DNA from: a virus
DNA length: 64,000 nucleotides
Strand: one strand, 5' to 3'
Virus record (IMG/VR): IMGVR_UViG_3300036863_000049
Span: 4,640-68,639 of that record
The notes under the pieces are model-generated. The model was not told where the DNA came from and did not search any database. It worked only from the letters and a program-made list of their open reading frames with translations. Below are positions 8,174 to 16,476 of the stretch, piece by piece. The position numbers were made by a program, and so were the translations under genes. The stretch's first letter is position 1, and each line of letters begins with the position of its first letter.

Positions 8174-10906
8174 TCAGGATGATGCGGCTCGGGCGGCGGC
8201 AATCGTCTCATCGACATCGACACGGCGCAGTGCGCAGTGAGTCCGGATGCCGCGCATAGCCTGCTCGTCACCAACCGCCAGCATCTGCCGCACATAGGCG
8301 AGGTCAGGCGTGTGGTAGTCCGGCAGGTCAACCTCCTCGACTGCGCCCCGCCGTGGAGTGACAACCTCGGTGACAACCTCATCAGGCAGGTTGTCACTCG
8401 CTCGACCGCTTTGTGATGCCTCAGTGACAACGTGACAACCTGTGACAACCTTTTTAGTAAAAGAATAGTCATAGGGAGTACCCCCCACCACATCACTGCC
8501 CTGTGATACAGGCGGGAGGGGGGTGGGGGGTAGCGTATTTATCTTTTGGGTATTTTGCCCGTCACGGGCTGTCACGTTGTCATTTTGGCTTTGGGACGCA
8601 CTACGCCGAGTGACAACCTCATCAGGCAGGTTGTCACTGGTTGTCACTGGGTTGTCACGCGGCGCGATGCCGCGGTAGCCGCGCCAGCGGTTGGTGCGAA
8701 CCTTCTGCACACCCAGGCGCACCAGCACGCGCGACAGCTCCATCGCTTGCGCCGTCGCGCTGCCGCTGAGTTTGATATCGTGCTTGTGCAGGTGGTCAAC
8801 GATGTCGGCAGAGGTCATCAGTGCCCGGTCGCCGGCGTCGCAGTCAAAATACTTGGTCAGCCAGCCGTCGAGCACGCTCTCAAGCTCATGCGCCTTATTT
8901 TGCTCCGACTGGTACGCGGCCTCGACCGGCAGCAGGCGCCAGGGCTCGCCAGCGCGGTACAGCGCGACGGCCTGTGCCCAGAGCTGATCAACGTCGAGTT
9001 TGGTGTAGCTCCAGTCGATACGCGCGATGGTCATCACGAGGAAGCGCCGGTTGCCGGTTTCGTCGACCAGGAAGCCGCTGCCGTCGTTGACCGTGCCGAC
9101 CATGGACGCCAGCGCGGGCCTGTCCGTATCGTAGTGGGCATAGGATCTGCGCACCGTAACCTTGTCACAGGTGATAAAGGCTTTCAGGGCAGACGCATCT
9201 GCACGGCGGGTCGTGGCATCCAGTTCGGAGACTTCCCATATAAAGCGCGACATGAGCCGAATGTAGGTATCTTTGTCGTCGACCTTGATCGGCGCCTCAA
9301 CAAAGCGATCGGGGATGCCTCGGCAGAGCCACCGCACCAGTTCCGACTTGCCGATATTTTGCGGGCCGGAGAGCACCAGCATCATATTCTGATGCTGATC
9401 GAGCACTTTCGCGACGGCGCCGACAAGCCAGCGTTTGAGATAGATGGCGTGAAGCGGTTGCAGCTTCCCGTCAGGGTATTCGATAAGCGGATCGGGGCTA
9501 TCCATATGCGCGGCGAGCAACCCAATGTGGTCGTTGCCGTCCCACTCCAGGCCGGTCAAGTAGTCTCGGATCGGGTGGTAGGCATGTCTAGCGGCCTCGG
9601 TCGTGTAGACAGTTTCGACCATCCCCAGCGGCTTGATATTTGCGTCCCAGGCGCGAGTTCTGATCTCCGCGCGGGTCGTGTCGTTCATCGGCGTGCCGTT
9701 CACCTCGATCCGGTCATCGCAGAGATTCAGCGCAAAGCGGTACCCGAGCGCTTCCAGCCCGCGCGTGATGATCTGTGAGGGGAGCGGCAGCTCGTCGGGG
9801 GGTTCGGTTGCTTGTGGCGCGGTGTAGCCTTCACCCCTCCACCAGTAGTGGAAATCTCCGATCGGGCACCACCAGTTCCCTTTTTTGCTTCTTTTGAGCC
9901 GCGATTCGGGATGCTCAGGGCAGCAGGCGTGTCCGTCTGCATCGTAGTGCGGCTCGGCGGGCGGCGGGGGCGGAAGATCGAGTGGCTTAGCCTTGCCGTA
10001 GCTGACAGCATCGCGGATCGTTTCGAGTTCGCCGTTCTGATGTTTTTGCGGTACGCTGGCGTGATAGAGCGCGGATTCGATCTGGCTTTCGGTCGCCAGC
10101 CCATGCGGGATAAGCCCGCCGAGCAGCCGCGCCGCTTTCAGCCGAGTCTTGTGCTTTTCGCCGGCCGGCGCCTGAGCGACCATACGAATCGCTTCAGCGA
10201 ATTTCTGGTCAGCCCACGCTTTCTGATAGTCGCCGCTGGCCGCACGAACGCGCGGGGGCTGCGGCGCGGTCTCGGTGGTATCACCGGGCGGTAGCAGAGC
10301 GACGAGGGCGACGAGGTCGTAGCAGGCCGTCAGGTTTGTCCAGACATAGGCGACGGTCGGACGATCCGCGTACTTGCTGTTGCGGGTGCCGGGGACGCGC
10401 AGGATGCGTGCGAGGTCTTTCGCGCCATCGTCCGAGCCGACGAACTCAACCCACCGCCGTTGGATGTCGGCGATGTACTCGCGATCTTCGTCGTCCCTGA
10501 TGATGAACGGCTCGTTGAGAAGCCAGTAGGAGTGATATCCGCCGCCAGAGTCGATCGTCACCGAGGGCTGTGCCGGAAGCGCCTTGACGTGAGCGAGCGC
10601 CCGCTCCTTGCTGCCGTCGAAGTCCTTGGCATCGTGTTCGCTGTAGAGCGCGTTGACCGCGGCCACGCAGTCGTTTCGTGAACGCGCGTACTCCGGCTTG
10701 ACCGGGTTGCCCTCGTCATCCTTTTCGGGGATGCTCGTGGCCGGGTTAACACCGAAATAGAGATCGATGGTGGTCGGCAGTTCAGGCGCGCCGGTGCCAT
10801 TCCACCAGGTAGAACGCTTGCCGGCCAGCTGCCAATAGTAGCTATAGTCGCCGCCGCGGTGCAGATGTGTCAGGAGCTGGGCGGTCTGGGTGTCGAGGTG
10901 CGTCAT
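8174..10906 (-). CDS. Primase (RepB/AEP-type) fused to VirE/VapE-type P-loop helicase
   Basis: IDSGGGYHSYW and DLARILRVPGTRN primase motifs; Walker A GPQNIGKS, WEVSEL, DETGNRRF. Confidence 0.85.
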   Translation of the reverse strand: MTHLDTQTAQLLTHLHRGGDYSYYWQLAGKRSTWWNGTGAPELPTTIDLYFGVNPATSIPEKDDEGNPVKPEYARSRNDCVAAVNALYSEHDAKDFDGSKERALAHVKALPAQPSVTIDSGGGYHSYWLLNEPFIIRDDEDREYIADIQRRWVEFVGSDDGAKDLARILRVPGTRNSKYADRPTVAYVWTNLTACYDLVALVALLPPGDTTETAPQPPRVRAASGDYQKAWADQKFAEAIRMVAQAPAGEKHKTRLKAARLLGGLIPHGLATESQIESALYHASVPQKHQNGELETIRDAVSYGKAKPLDLPPPPPAEPHYDADGHACCPEHPESRLKRSKKGNWWCPIGDFHYWWRGEGYTAPQATEPPDELPLPSQIITRGLEALGYRFALNLCDDRIEVNGTPMNDTTRAEIRTRAWDANIKPLGMVETVYTTEAARHAYHPIRDYLTGLEWDGNDHIGLLAAHMDSPDPLIEYPDGKLQPLHAIYLKRWLVGAVAKVLDQHQNMMLVLSGPQNIGKSELVRWLCRGIPDRFVEAPIKVDDKDTYIRLMSRFIWEVSELDATTRRADASALKAFITCDKVTVRRSYAHYDTDRPALASMVGTVNDGSGFLVDETGNRRFLVMTIARIDWSYTKLDVDQLWAQAVALYRAGEPWRLLPVEAAYQSEQNKAHELESVLDGWLTKYFDCDAGDRALMTSADIVDHLHKHDIKLSGSATAQAMELSRVLVRLGVQKVRTNRWRGYRGIAPRDNPVTTSDNLPDEVVTRRSASQSQNDNVTARDGQNTQKINTLPPTPLPPVSQGSDVVGGTPYDYSFTKKVVTGCHVVTEASQSGRASDNLPDEVVTEVVTPRRGAVEEVDLPDYHTPDLAYVRQMLAVGDEQAMRGIRTHCALRRVDVDETIAAARAASS
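8356..8660. repeat. Iteron array (GTGACAACC), putative satellite origin
   Basis: About a dozen direct and inverted copies flanking an AT-richer spacer; 29-bp exact repeat at 8370 and 8610. Confidence 0.75.
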
Positions 10907-11118
10907 GGCCGCACCGCCGATCGCGTAGTCATAGCGTAGTCATAGGGTGCGATACAAGGCAACACGTTGCAACAGCCACGCGTTCGTTTCGTGCATCCTG
11001 TTGCGAGAGGGCAACAGCCTCGTATACCCCGCAATTCCCCATCCGGTAATAGATATGTAACAGTGTACCCCGTTGTGTTGCGGCGTTTTGAGGTAATGTG
11101 TAGTCGTAGCGTAGTCAT
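10903..11118 (-). CDS. 71-aa ORF spanning the putative attP
   Basis: ATGA overlaps with both the integrase stop and the primase start; atypical codon usage. Confidence 0.4.
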   Translation of the reverse strand: MTTLRLHITSKRRNTTGYTVTYLLPDGELRGIRGCCPLATGCTKRTRGCCNVLPCIAPYDYAMTTRSAVRP

Positions 11119-11120
11119 GG
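10920..11120. other. Putative satellite attP with arm-type repeats
   Basis: GCGTAGTCAT repeats at 10923, 10934 and 11109 (plus GTAGTCGT at 11100) bracket a lower-GC 200-bp stretch right after int. Confidence 0.55.
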
Positions 11121-12329
11121 CGCCGATCCTCCCGCTTTTCGGTGCTGCTGGATCGCCGCGTCTAGCCCTTCCTCGATCATTTCGGCGGCCTCGTTGAGTT
11201 CGTCCTGAAAGAGGTGGGTGTACACGTCGTCGGTGATTCGGGTATCAGCGTGGCCGAGATAGACCGAGATCGTCTTTACGGGCGCCCGCTTGCGGTGGAG
11301 GAAGGTCGCTGCGCTGTGGCGCAGGCTATGCGGGGAGAACCCCGCGAGGCCGATCAGCTTCGCGGCACGCTGGAAAGCGGTATAGATCCGGCCGGAGTCG
11401 AGCGCGCCGCCACTCTTGATCGCGATGAAGACATAGTCCTCATCCTCGTTCGCTGGCGTTTTCCACTTCTCCCCCATCGCCCGTCTCTCGGCTTCCTGGC
11501 GCGCCTGGTGCCACGTAAACGCGGCGACGAGGGACGCCGGCAGCTTGAAGATGCGTACATCGTCTGACTTGGTTTCGCCGTGCTGAAGCCCATAGCCTCG
11601 CACATAGCCCAAGGTGCCGCGGATCGTCAGCGTGCCGACCACCAAGTCAACGTCTTTCCATCGCAGGGCGCAGACTTCGCCGCGGCGCAGGCCGAACACG
11701 AACAGCAGCCTAAGCGCCAATTCCAGCCGATCGCCCTTCGCCGCCTCCAGCAGCGCGGCGACCTGGCTGAGCGTCATGGCCTTGCTGCTCCCCTTCTTGA
11801 CCTCCGGGCCCTTCGCCCGATCGACGGGGTTGTACTCCAGCAGGTCATCCTCAACGGCCTGTTCCAAAATCTGGTGCAGCACCGCACGAACGACCCGGAT
11901 CGAGGCGGGCGCGAGCTTCTGACGGGTCAGGGCGTTGATGAACTTGCGCACGATCGGTGTGCGGATGTGGCGGACCTCCGTGTCGCCGAGCTGCGGCGCG
12001 ATATGCGCCTCGAACGCCCAGCGGTAGATCGCGATGGTGCTCGGGCGGCCAGTGAGTACGAAGGCGTCAAGCCAGTCGGTACCATACTCACGTAGGGTCT
12101 GAGGCTCTTTCGTGAGATCGATGCCCTGCTCGTGCTGCTTGCGGAGCTTGACCAACTCGGCCTCGGCCTCGGTCTTTTCCTTAAAGCGGCGGCTGCGCAC
12201 CTTCTGCCGCCTGCCGTCGTCGCTCCAGCCGACTGTCAGCTCGGCGCAGTAGCCGATCGGCTTGCCCTTCCGCGTGAAGCGGATGACGGTGCCCTCGCCG
12301 TTTTTGCGCCCGCGTGGTCTACGCACCAT
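11115..12329 (-). CDS. int: Tyrosine integrase (satellite)
   Basis: GLRRGE, HSLRH, LGH, VYTH catalytic R-H-R-H-Y; N-terminal GEGTV arm-binding domain. Confidence 0.92.
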   Translation of the reverse strand: MVRRPRGRKNGEGTVIRFTRKGKPIGYCAELTVGWSDDGRRQKVRSRRFKEKTEAEAELVKLRKQHEQGIDLTKEPQTLREYGTDWLDAFVLTGRPSTIAIYRWAFEAHIAPQLGDTEVRHIRTPIVRKFINALTRQKLAPASIRVVRAVLHQILEQAVEDDLLEYNPVDRAKGPEVKKGSSKAMTLSQVAALLEAAKGDRLELALRLLFVFGLRRGEVCALRWKDVDLVVGTLTIRGTLGYVRGYGLQHGETKSDDVRIFKLPASLVAAFTWHQARQEAERRAMGEKWKTPANEDEDYVFIAIKSGGALDSGRIYTAFQRAAKLIGLAGFSPHSLRHSAATFLHRKRAPVKTISVYLGHADTRITDDVYTHLFQDELNEAAEMIEEGLDAAIQQHRKAGGSAP

Positions 12330-12537
12330 GTTGCGCCTCCTGTTGCTCCACGACGGCCAGGAAGCTCGCGATGCGGATGCGGAGCGCCGAGCCGATCTTG
12401 AGCGACTCGATGCGCCGGCTGCGGACGGCCGGATAATAATGCCGGTACCACGTCACGCGGTCGATACCCATGATCTCGGCGAGTTCGCCGGGGCTGGCGT
12501 AGGCACGGCCGGCGTATTTTTCAGGGAGAACGATCAT
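12319..12537 (-). CDS. xis: Excisionase-like HTH
   Basis: SPGELAEIMGIDRVTWY...LKIGSALRI; directly upstream of int. Confidence 0.7.
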   Translation of the reverse strand: MIVLPEKYAGRAYASPGELAEIMGIDRVTWYRHYYPAVRSRRIESLKIGSALRIRIASFLAVVEQQEAQHGA

Positions 12538-12770
12538 CAGTTCAACCCCTCCCTTGGCGGCACGAACCCGCGCACGCGCACGTACTCGCCGATGCGCTTG
12601 ACCCATACCCTGGTGCCCGGCGGCATCGGCTCGGGCGCTTCGCCCGGCAGCAGATCGCGCTCGTAGCCGGTCGCGTCTGGGTGCTGCATAAAATACTCGT
12701 AATCGACATCCTGCGACGGGTCGGAGTCTATCGGCGGCGCGATGATGACCGGAACATTTCTGCCTCTCAT
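12537..12770 (-). CDS. Hypothetical protein
   Basis: Overlapping starts and stops in the operon. Confidence 0.55.
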   Translation of the reverse strand: MRGRNVPVIIAPPIDSDPSQDVDYEYFMQHPDATGYERDLLPGEAPEPMPPGTRVWVKRIGEYVRVRGFVPPREGLN

Positions 12771-13021
12771 CGCATACCGCCGCTTTCCAGCACGGCCTTC
12801 CAGCGGCGCAGTACGAAGCGCACGAGCAGGGGCGGTCGATGGTCGATGAGGAAGATCACCGCGTCGAGCAGGTGACTGCGGGTGCGATCGAAGGGTGCGA
12901 ACATAAATCCTCCGTTATGGGCTTGACATAGCAGCCGTCTTGCCCCATAATGGAGGGTGTCGCGCCCGTCCATTATGAGACGTTGAGAAAGCCGCCAGCC
13001 GCCGTAGGGCGGCTTTCTCAT
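12767..13021 (-). CDS. Hypothetical protein
   Basis: ATGA overlaps on both sides. Confidence 0.45.
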   Translation of the reverse strand: MRKPPYGGWRLSQRLIMDGRDTLHYGARRLLCQAHNGGFMFAPFDRTRSHLLDAVIFLIDHRPPLLVRFVLRRWKAVLESGGMR

Positions 13022-13218
13022 TGTGTCCCTGATATGACTGAGCGAGCATCCGCGCCGTCTTTTCCTGACCGCGGATGCTCGCTCTCTTGCAAAACCCTAC
13101 GAAGCGCGATGCGCACGGCCTCCGAGGCCGAGACGCCCTCGCGCTGTGCCAACGCTGCGATCGCCTCGCGATCGCCCGGCATCACACGCATGGTCCAAAA
13201 AACGTCTCTCCACGCCAT
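13018..13218 (-). CDS. CopG/ribbon-helix-helix regulator
   Basis: TMRVMPGDREAIAALAQREGVSASEAVRIAL. Confidence 0.7.
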   Translation of the reverse strand: MAWRDVFWTMRVMPGDREAIAALAQREGVSASEAVRIALRRVLQESEHPRSGKDGADARSVISGTQ

Positions 13219-13242
13219 GGGTCTGCTCCTTCGTTCGTACGC

Positions 13243-13271
13243 ATTGTAACATATGAATCCCTTTCGATCAA
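13243..13271 (-). promoter_or_regulatory. Sigma70-type promoter of the RHH-xis-int operon
   Basis: TTGATC-17-TACAAT. Confidence 0.55.
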
Positions 13272-13287
13272 GTAGCAATCCGATCGA

Positions 13288-13818
13288 TTATTCGATCACT
13301 TTTGTGCCTGCTCTACCTTGCAACTTTTTACTTTTGCTTCCCCATCCCCCTGCGGCGTCATAAGCGGCCTTGACGGTTCGCAGGTAGCTATAACTGAAGC
13401 CGGTTTCTTCGGCGAGTTGGCGCAGGGTGATGCGGCTACCTTGCGCCCGTGATCGATAGTAGCGCTCGATGACTTCCTCGGCGCTTGGCTCGGCCGTGCG
13501 GCGAATATCGTGGGCACGGAGTTCGAGCGGGTTTACTTCCTCTTCGAAAATCGGTCGCCAGAAGCCGGCCCATGCGGGCAACTCGAACATCGTGATACGA
13601 GTCCCGTTGCCTTGCTTGGCGAAGATAATGCTGAGTACGGCAAAGTCTTGGCTCTCCGTATAGCCATCAATACGATAGCCGTCGTCGGTGAAATCATCGC
13701 GCCAGGTTACCCCCTGCGGGGCGCGACGACGCGCCTGGATCGCAGCCGCGGCTGCGATCCACCACCAGTCACTGATGGGGAGGGATGCCCGGTGTATGAT
13801 ATATGGCTCGCTCATCAC
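13288..13818 (-). CDS. Protein with C-terminal HTH
   Basis: ITLRQLAEETGFSYSYLRTVK. Confidence 0.6.
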   Translation of the reverse strand: MMSEPYIIHRASLPISDWWWIAAAAAIQARRRAPQGVTWRDDFTDDGYRIDGYTESQDFAVLSIIFAKQGNGTRITMFELPAWAGFWRPIFEEEVNPLELRAHDIRRTAEPSAEEVIERYYRSRAQGSRITLRQLAEETGFSYSYLRTVKAAYDAAGGWGSKSKKLQGRAGTKVIE

Positions 13819-14013
13819 GCCCTCAGCAGCTCAGCGGATACTGCGCCCGATTATATCACCGCTTCTGCTTCAGCTGCGCGGTATATTGCGTCCAGGCCAA
13901 CAAGAAGCGCCGCGCCGTGTCCTGCTCCGTCGGCCCGCGGGCGTCGCGCAGCTGCTGGGTGAACTTCGCCACCATGCGCTGGGCGTGGTCAAGCTCGGCC
14001 TGTTCGTCGGATG

Positions 14014-14337
14014 TCATTGGCGCATCATCCGTCTCGCCTGGTCGACTCGCTCATCCTCGGCTCGCTGCTTTCGCCAGATCTCAAAATCACGCAGCTGCTT
14101 TTCTTCCTGGGTCAGCACTTGCGTAACGCGCGTGTTGAGCTGGGGATGCGCGGACTGGTAGGGTGGGATCGTGTCGCTCACGTCGTCCTGCGGCGCAGCC
14201 ACGTCGAGCAGGCCGGCCAGCGTCTGCATATCCTGATCGTTCGCGTCTGTCCACCTCAGGCCCGCGTGGGCAGTCAGCGCTTTCAAGTAGTGACGGACGA
14301 TAGAAGCGGCGTGTTCGCCTGGTGGTAAAATAGCCAT
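14014..14337 (-). CDS. Hypothetical protein
   Basis: RBS GAGG; 107 aa. Confidence 0.55.
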   Translation of the reverse strand: MAILPPGEHAASIVRHYLKALTAHAGLRWTDANDQDMQTLAGLLDVAAPQDDVSDTIPPYQSAHPQLNTRVTQVLTQEEKQLRDFEIWRKQRAEDERVDQARRMMRQ

Positions 14338-14401
14338 TGTCGTAACCTCTCACGTCAGGTTGCGGCCAGCCGGGCGGGTGCGACCACACCGCGCCCGGCA
14401 T

Positions 14402-14866
14402 TTAATTCTCGTTGACGGCCTTGAACTTCTCAAGCGGGTGCGGGCGTTCTGGGTAGACTGGCGCCGGTCGCTCTGCTCGGATCTCGCGAATGAGCGCAAG
14501 CACGGTATTGCGATCGCCGCCGACATAGGTAGCGATCTGGTTGGCGGAGCTGCGATAGGCGCCGCCCTTGCGCTGCACTGCCAGTACGGTGATCAACTCC
14601 GTGTCGGTCAACTCGCGCCCGATCCGTGGCATTATGTCATCGCCCGAAGCGATGGTATGCCCGTCCATACCAGTATCCCATACTGGTATACATACCGCTT
14701 CCATATCAGGCGAAATTGGCGGCGCGCTCTGAGGGCGTGACATAATGACGCCGCCTATTCGGGCGCTCACCTCGGGCCACCAGGCCCTTATGATGCCCGC
14801 CGGCACAAGCACGACGGCGGCGATCGCCAGTCCGCACATCACGACATCCCCGAGTGTTTGGAGCAT
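14402..14866 (-). CDS. Membrane-anchored HTH protein
   Basis: N-terminal TM; SANQIATYVGGDRNTVLA; homologue of 60839-61339. Confidence 0.65.
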   Translation of the reverse strand: MLQTLGDVVMCGLAIAAVVLVPAGIIRAWWPEVSARIGGVIMSRPQSAPPISPDMEAVCIPVWDTGMDGHTIASGDDIMPRIGRELTDTELITVLAVQRKGGAYRSSANQIATYVGGDRNTVLALIREIRAERPAPVYPERPHPLEKFKAVNEN

Positions 14867-14881
14867 GGCGCACCTCCGAAT

Positions 14882-15358
14882 CTAGCCCGACTCCCATAAA
14901 TACTCAGACAGGCTGGCGAGCAGTAGCCCGATCGTGAGCGCTAGCAGGAACGCCGCACTAGGGGTCATCGCTGCCTGCACGTTCATCACCTCGGCGAGCA
15001 TCCTACCGACATCCGTTTGCGCCAGCCGGCCCATATATGGGTACAGCCCGCCCGCGTTCAGGAGGCCGTCAACGAACGTGACGACCAGGCCGACAACCGC
15101 CAGCCGGCCGCCATTGCGCCGCATCAGGAATCGCCACAACGGACGCTCGGCGATCGTCAAGAGCCATTGTACACCACCAGCCAGCAACGCGCTCACAAGC
15201 CAGCTGGCGCCCGGCATCGCCCGCGCAAAGAACAGGTAGGTAGTGAATGTGCCGAGCAGCCAGGCAACGACCGCGGCCACGCGGTGCCATGCGACCTGCG
15301 ACCGCGCACGCTCGGCTGGCTTGCCATCGCGTAGCGGCTCTGAATGAACGGTGCTCAT
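14882..15358 (-). CDS. Four-TM membrane protein
   Basis: Hydrophobic segments; homologue of 60067-60519 (TTYL, NAGG motifs). Confidence 0.65.
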   Translation of the reverse strand: MSTVHSEPLRDGKPAERARSQVAWHRVAAVVAWLLGTFTTYLFFARAMPGASWLVSALLAGGVQWLLTIAERPLWRFLMRRNGGRLAVVGLVVTFVDGLLNAGGLYPYMGRLAQTDVGRMLAEVMNVQAAMTPSAAFLLALTIGLLLASLSEYLWESG

Positions 15359-15588
15359 TCTGGCACCTCCTCCATCATGAGGAGGTCGCCGGTCCCGCAC
15401 TCGAAGTAATTACACAGCCGCTCGATCACATCCTTCGGGTACTCGGTTAGTTCGTTGTTCGCCAGCGCGTAGATCGTATAGGTGCTGATGCCTGTGGTGC
15501 GTGCGATGCTCCGCAACGTGACCCGGCGCCCGTCGCGCTGCGACTTTTGCGCGACCAGCACTAGTAAGTTGCTTTTCAACTTTCTCAT
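15355..15588 (-). CDS. Cro/CI-type HTH regulator
   Basis: TLRSIARTTGISTYTIYALANN...IERLCNYFECGTGDLL. Confidence 0.8.
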   Translation of the reverse strand: MRKLKSNLLVLVAQKSQRDGRRVTLRSIARTTGISTYTIYALANNELTEYPKDVIERLCNYFECGTGDLLMMEEVPE

Positions 15589-15622
15589 GCCTCCTTTCTA
15601 CAACGCATCGGTCTTACCGTCA

Positions 15623-15687
15623 AGTATAGTGTATCGTTCGTAGTCTGTCAAGTAATGCTTGACAGAAGATCGTGAATATGCTATAAT
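15623..15687. promoter_or_regulatory. Back-to-back divergent sigma70 promoters (satellite switch)
   Basis: Plus TTGACA-17-TATAAT (15659-15687); minus TTGACA-17-TATACT (15651-15623). Confidence 0.8.
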
Positions 15688-15763
15688 CTGTCTTGTAAGA
15701 CACGACAAAGGCGCGCCCCGGATGGTACCCGAGACGCGCCAATAGCAGACAAGGAGAACGCCC

Positions 15764-16144
15764 ATGTCTACCACCCTCAGTTTACCACCGATCGAGATCA
15801 TGGCCGCGGCCGCGGCCGAACTCGCCGAACAGGCCCAGATCGCCGGCGATCGTCCCCTCGTCAACGCGCTCAACAAAGCCATGCTCCAACTCCACGAAGG
15901 CACTGCCCCGGTTCCGACCATCGGCGGCTGGCTGCTGGAGAGCCGCACGCGTCCCGGTACGGTTCATCGGATTAGCCTCAGAAATGGGTGTTCGTGCGAG
16001 GCCGGATGCAACGCGCGCACCTGCTGGCATGTGCAGCTGATGACCATTATCGAGCGCGCCGCCGAACAGTACACAATGCCCGCGCTGCACATTCAGGCCA
16101 AAGCCGAGATTGACGCCGACTTGACCGCCAGCGCCGCTCCATAG
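15764..16144 (+). CDS. SWIM-like zinc-finger protein (copy 2)
   Basis: Identical to 58-438. Confidence 0.6.
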   Translation: MSTTLSLPPIEIMAAAAAELAEQAQIAGDRPLVNALNKAMLQLHEGTAPVPTIGGWLLESRTRPGTVHRISLRNGCSCEAGCNARTCWHVQLMTIIERAAEQYTMPALHIQAKAEIDADLTASAAP

Positions 16145-16155
16145 GAGACACGACA

Positions 16156-16404
16156 ATGCCACTCACTCACAACCAGCGCGCCATCCTCGCGGCCATCGAA
16201 GCCGGCCACATCACGATCCGCGATATCGCGCAGCACACCGGCATCGGCTCGACGGCGACGGTTCACACGAATTTGAGGAAGCTCGAAAAGGGCGGCCACT
16301 TGATCCTGCACAAGAACGGCGGCCATACGCAGGTTGATGCTGGCCGAGACTTCGCCCGAGGATGGGACACCGCCGCGCGGCTCGCTGGCAATCCCGACGC
16401 CTGA
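16156..16404 (+). CDS. LexA-like HTH (copy 2)
   Basis: Identical to 450-698. Confidence 0.7.
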   Translation: MPLTHNQRAILAAIEAGHITIRDIAQHTGIGSTATVHTNLRKLEKGGHLILHKNGGHTQVDAGRDFARGWDTAARLAGNPDA

Positions 16405-16476
16405 ACCGAATCCAACCAGGCCGCGCCGTCGTTTTCGTCGGTGTAGCGGCCACTACAACCCAAAGGAGCAACGACC

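Larger units (their letters stand above)
1..15706. mobile_element. Phage satellite (PICI-like), one 15,706-bp unit in excised/attP configuration
   Basis: Sequence restarts exactly at 15707. Contains int, xis, primase-helicase, HTH regulators and TA, but no capsid, portal, TerL, tape measure or lysis genes. Confidence 0.75.

Noticed and set aside
8356-8660. CRISPR array
   Set aside because: Repeats are about 9 bp, irregularly spaced, in both orientations and inside a CDS; no cas genes.
8546-9778. 410-aa plus-strand ORF
   Set aside because: Antisense shadow of the primase-helicase in high-GC DNA.
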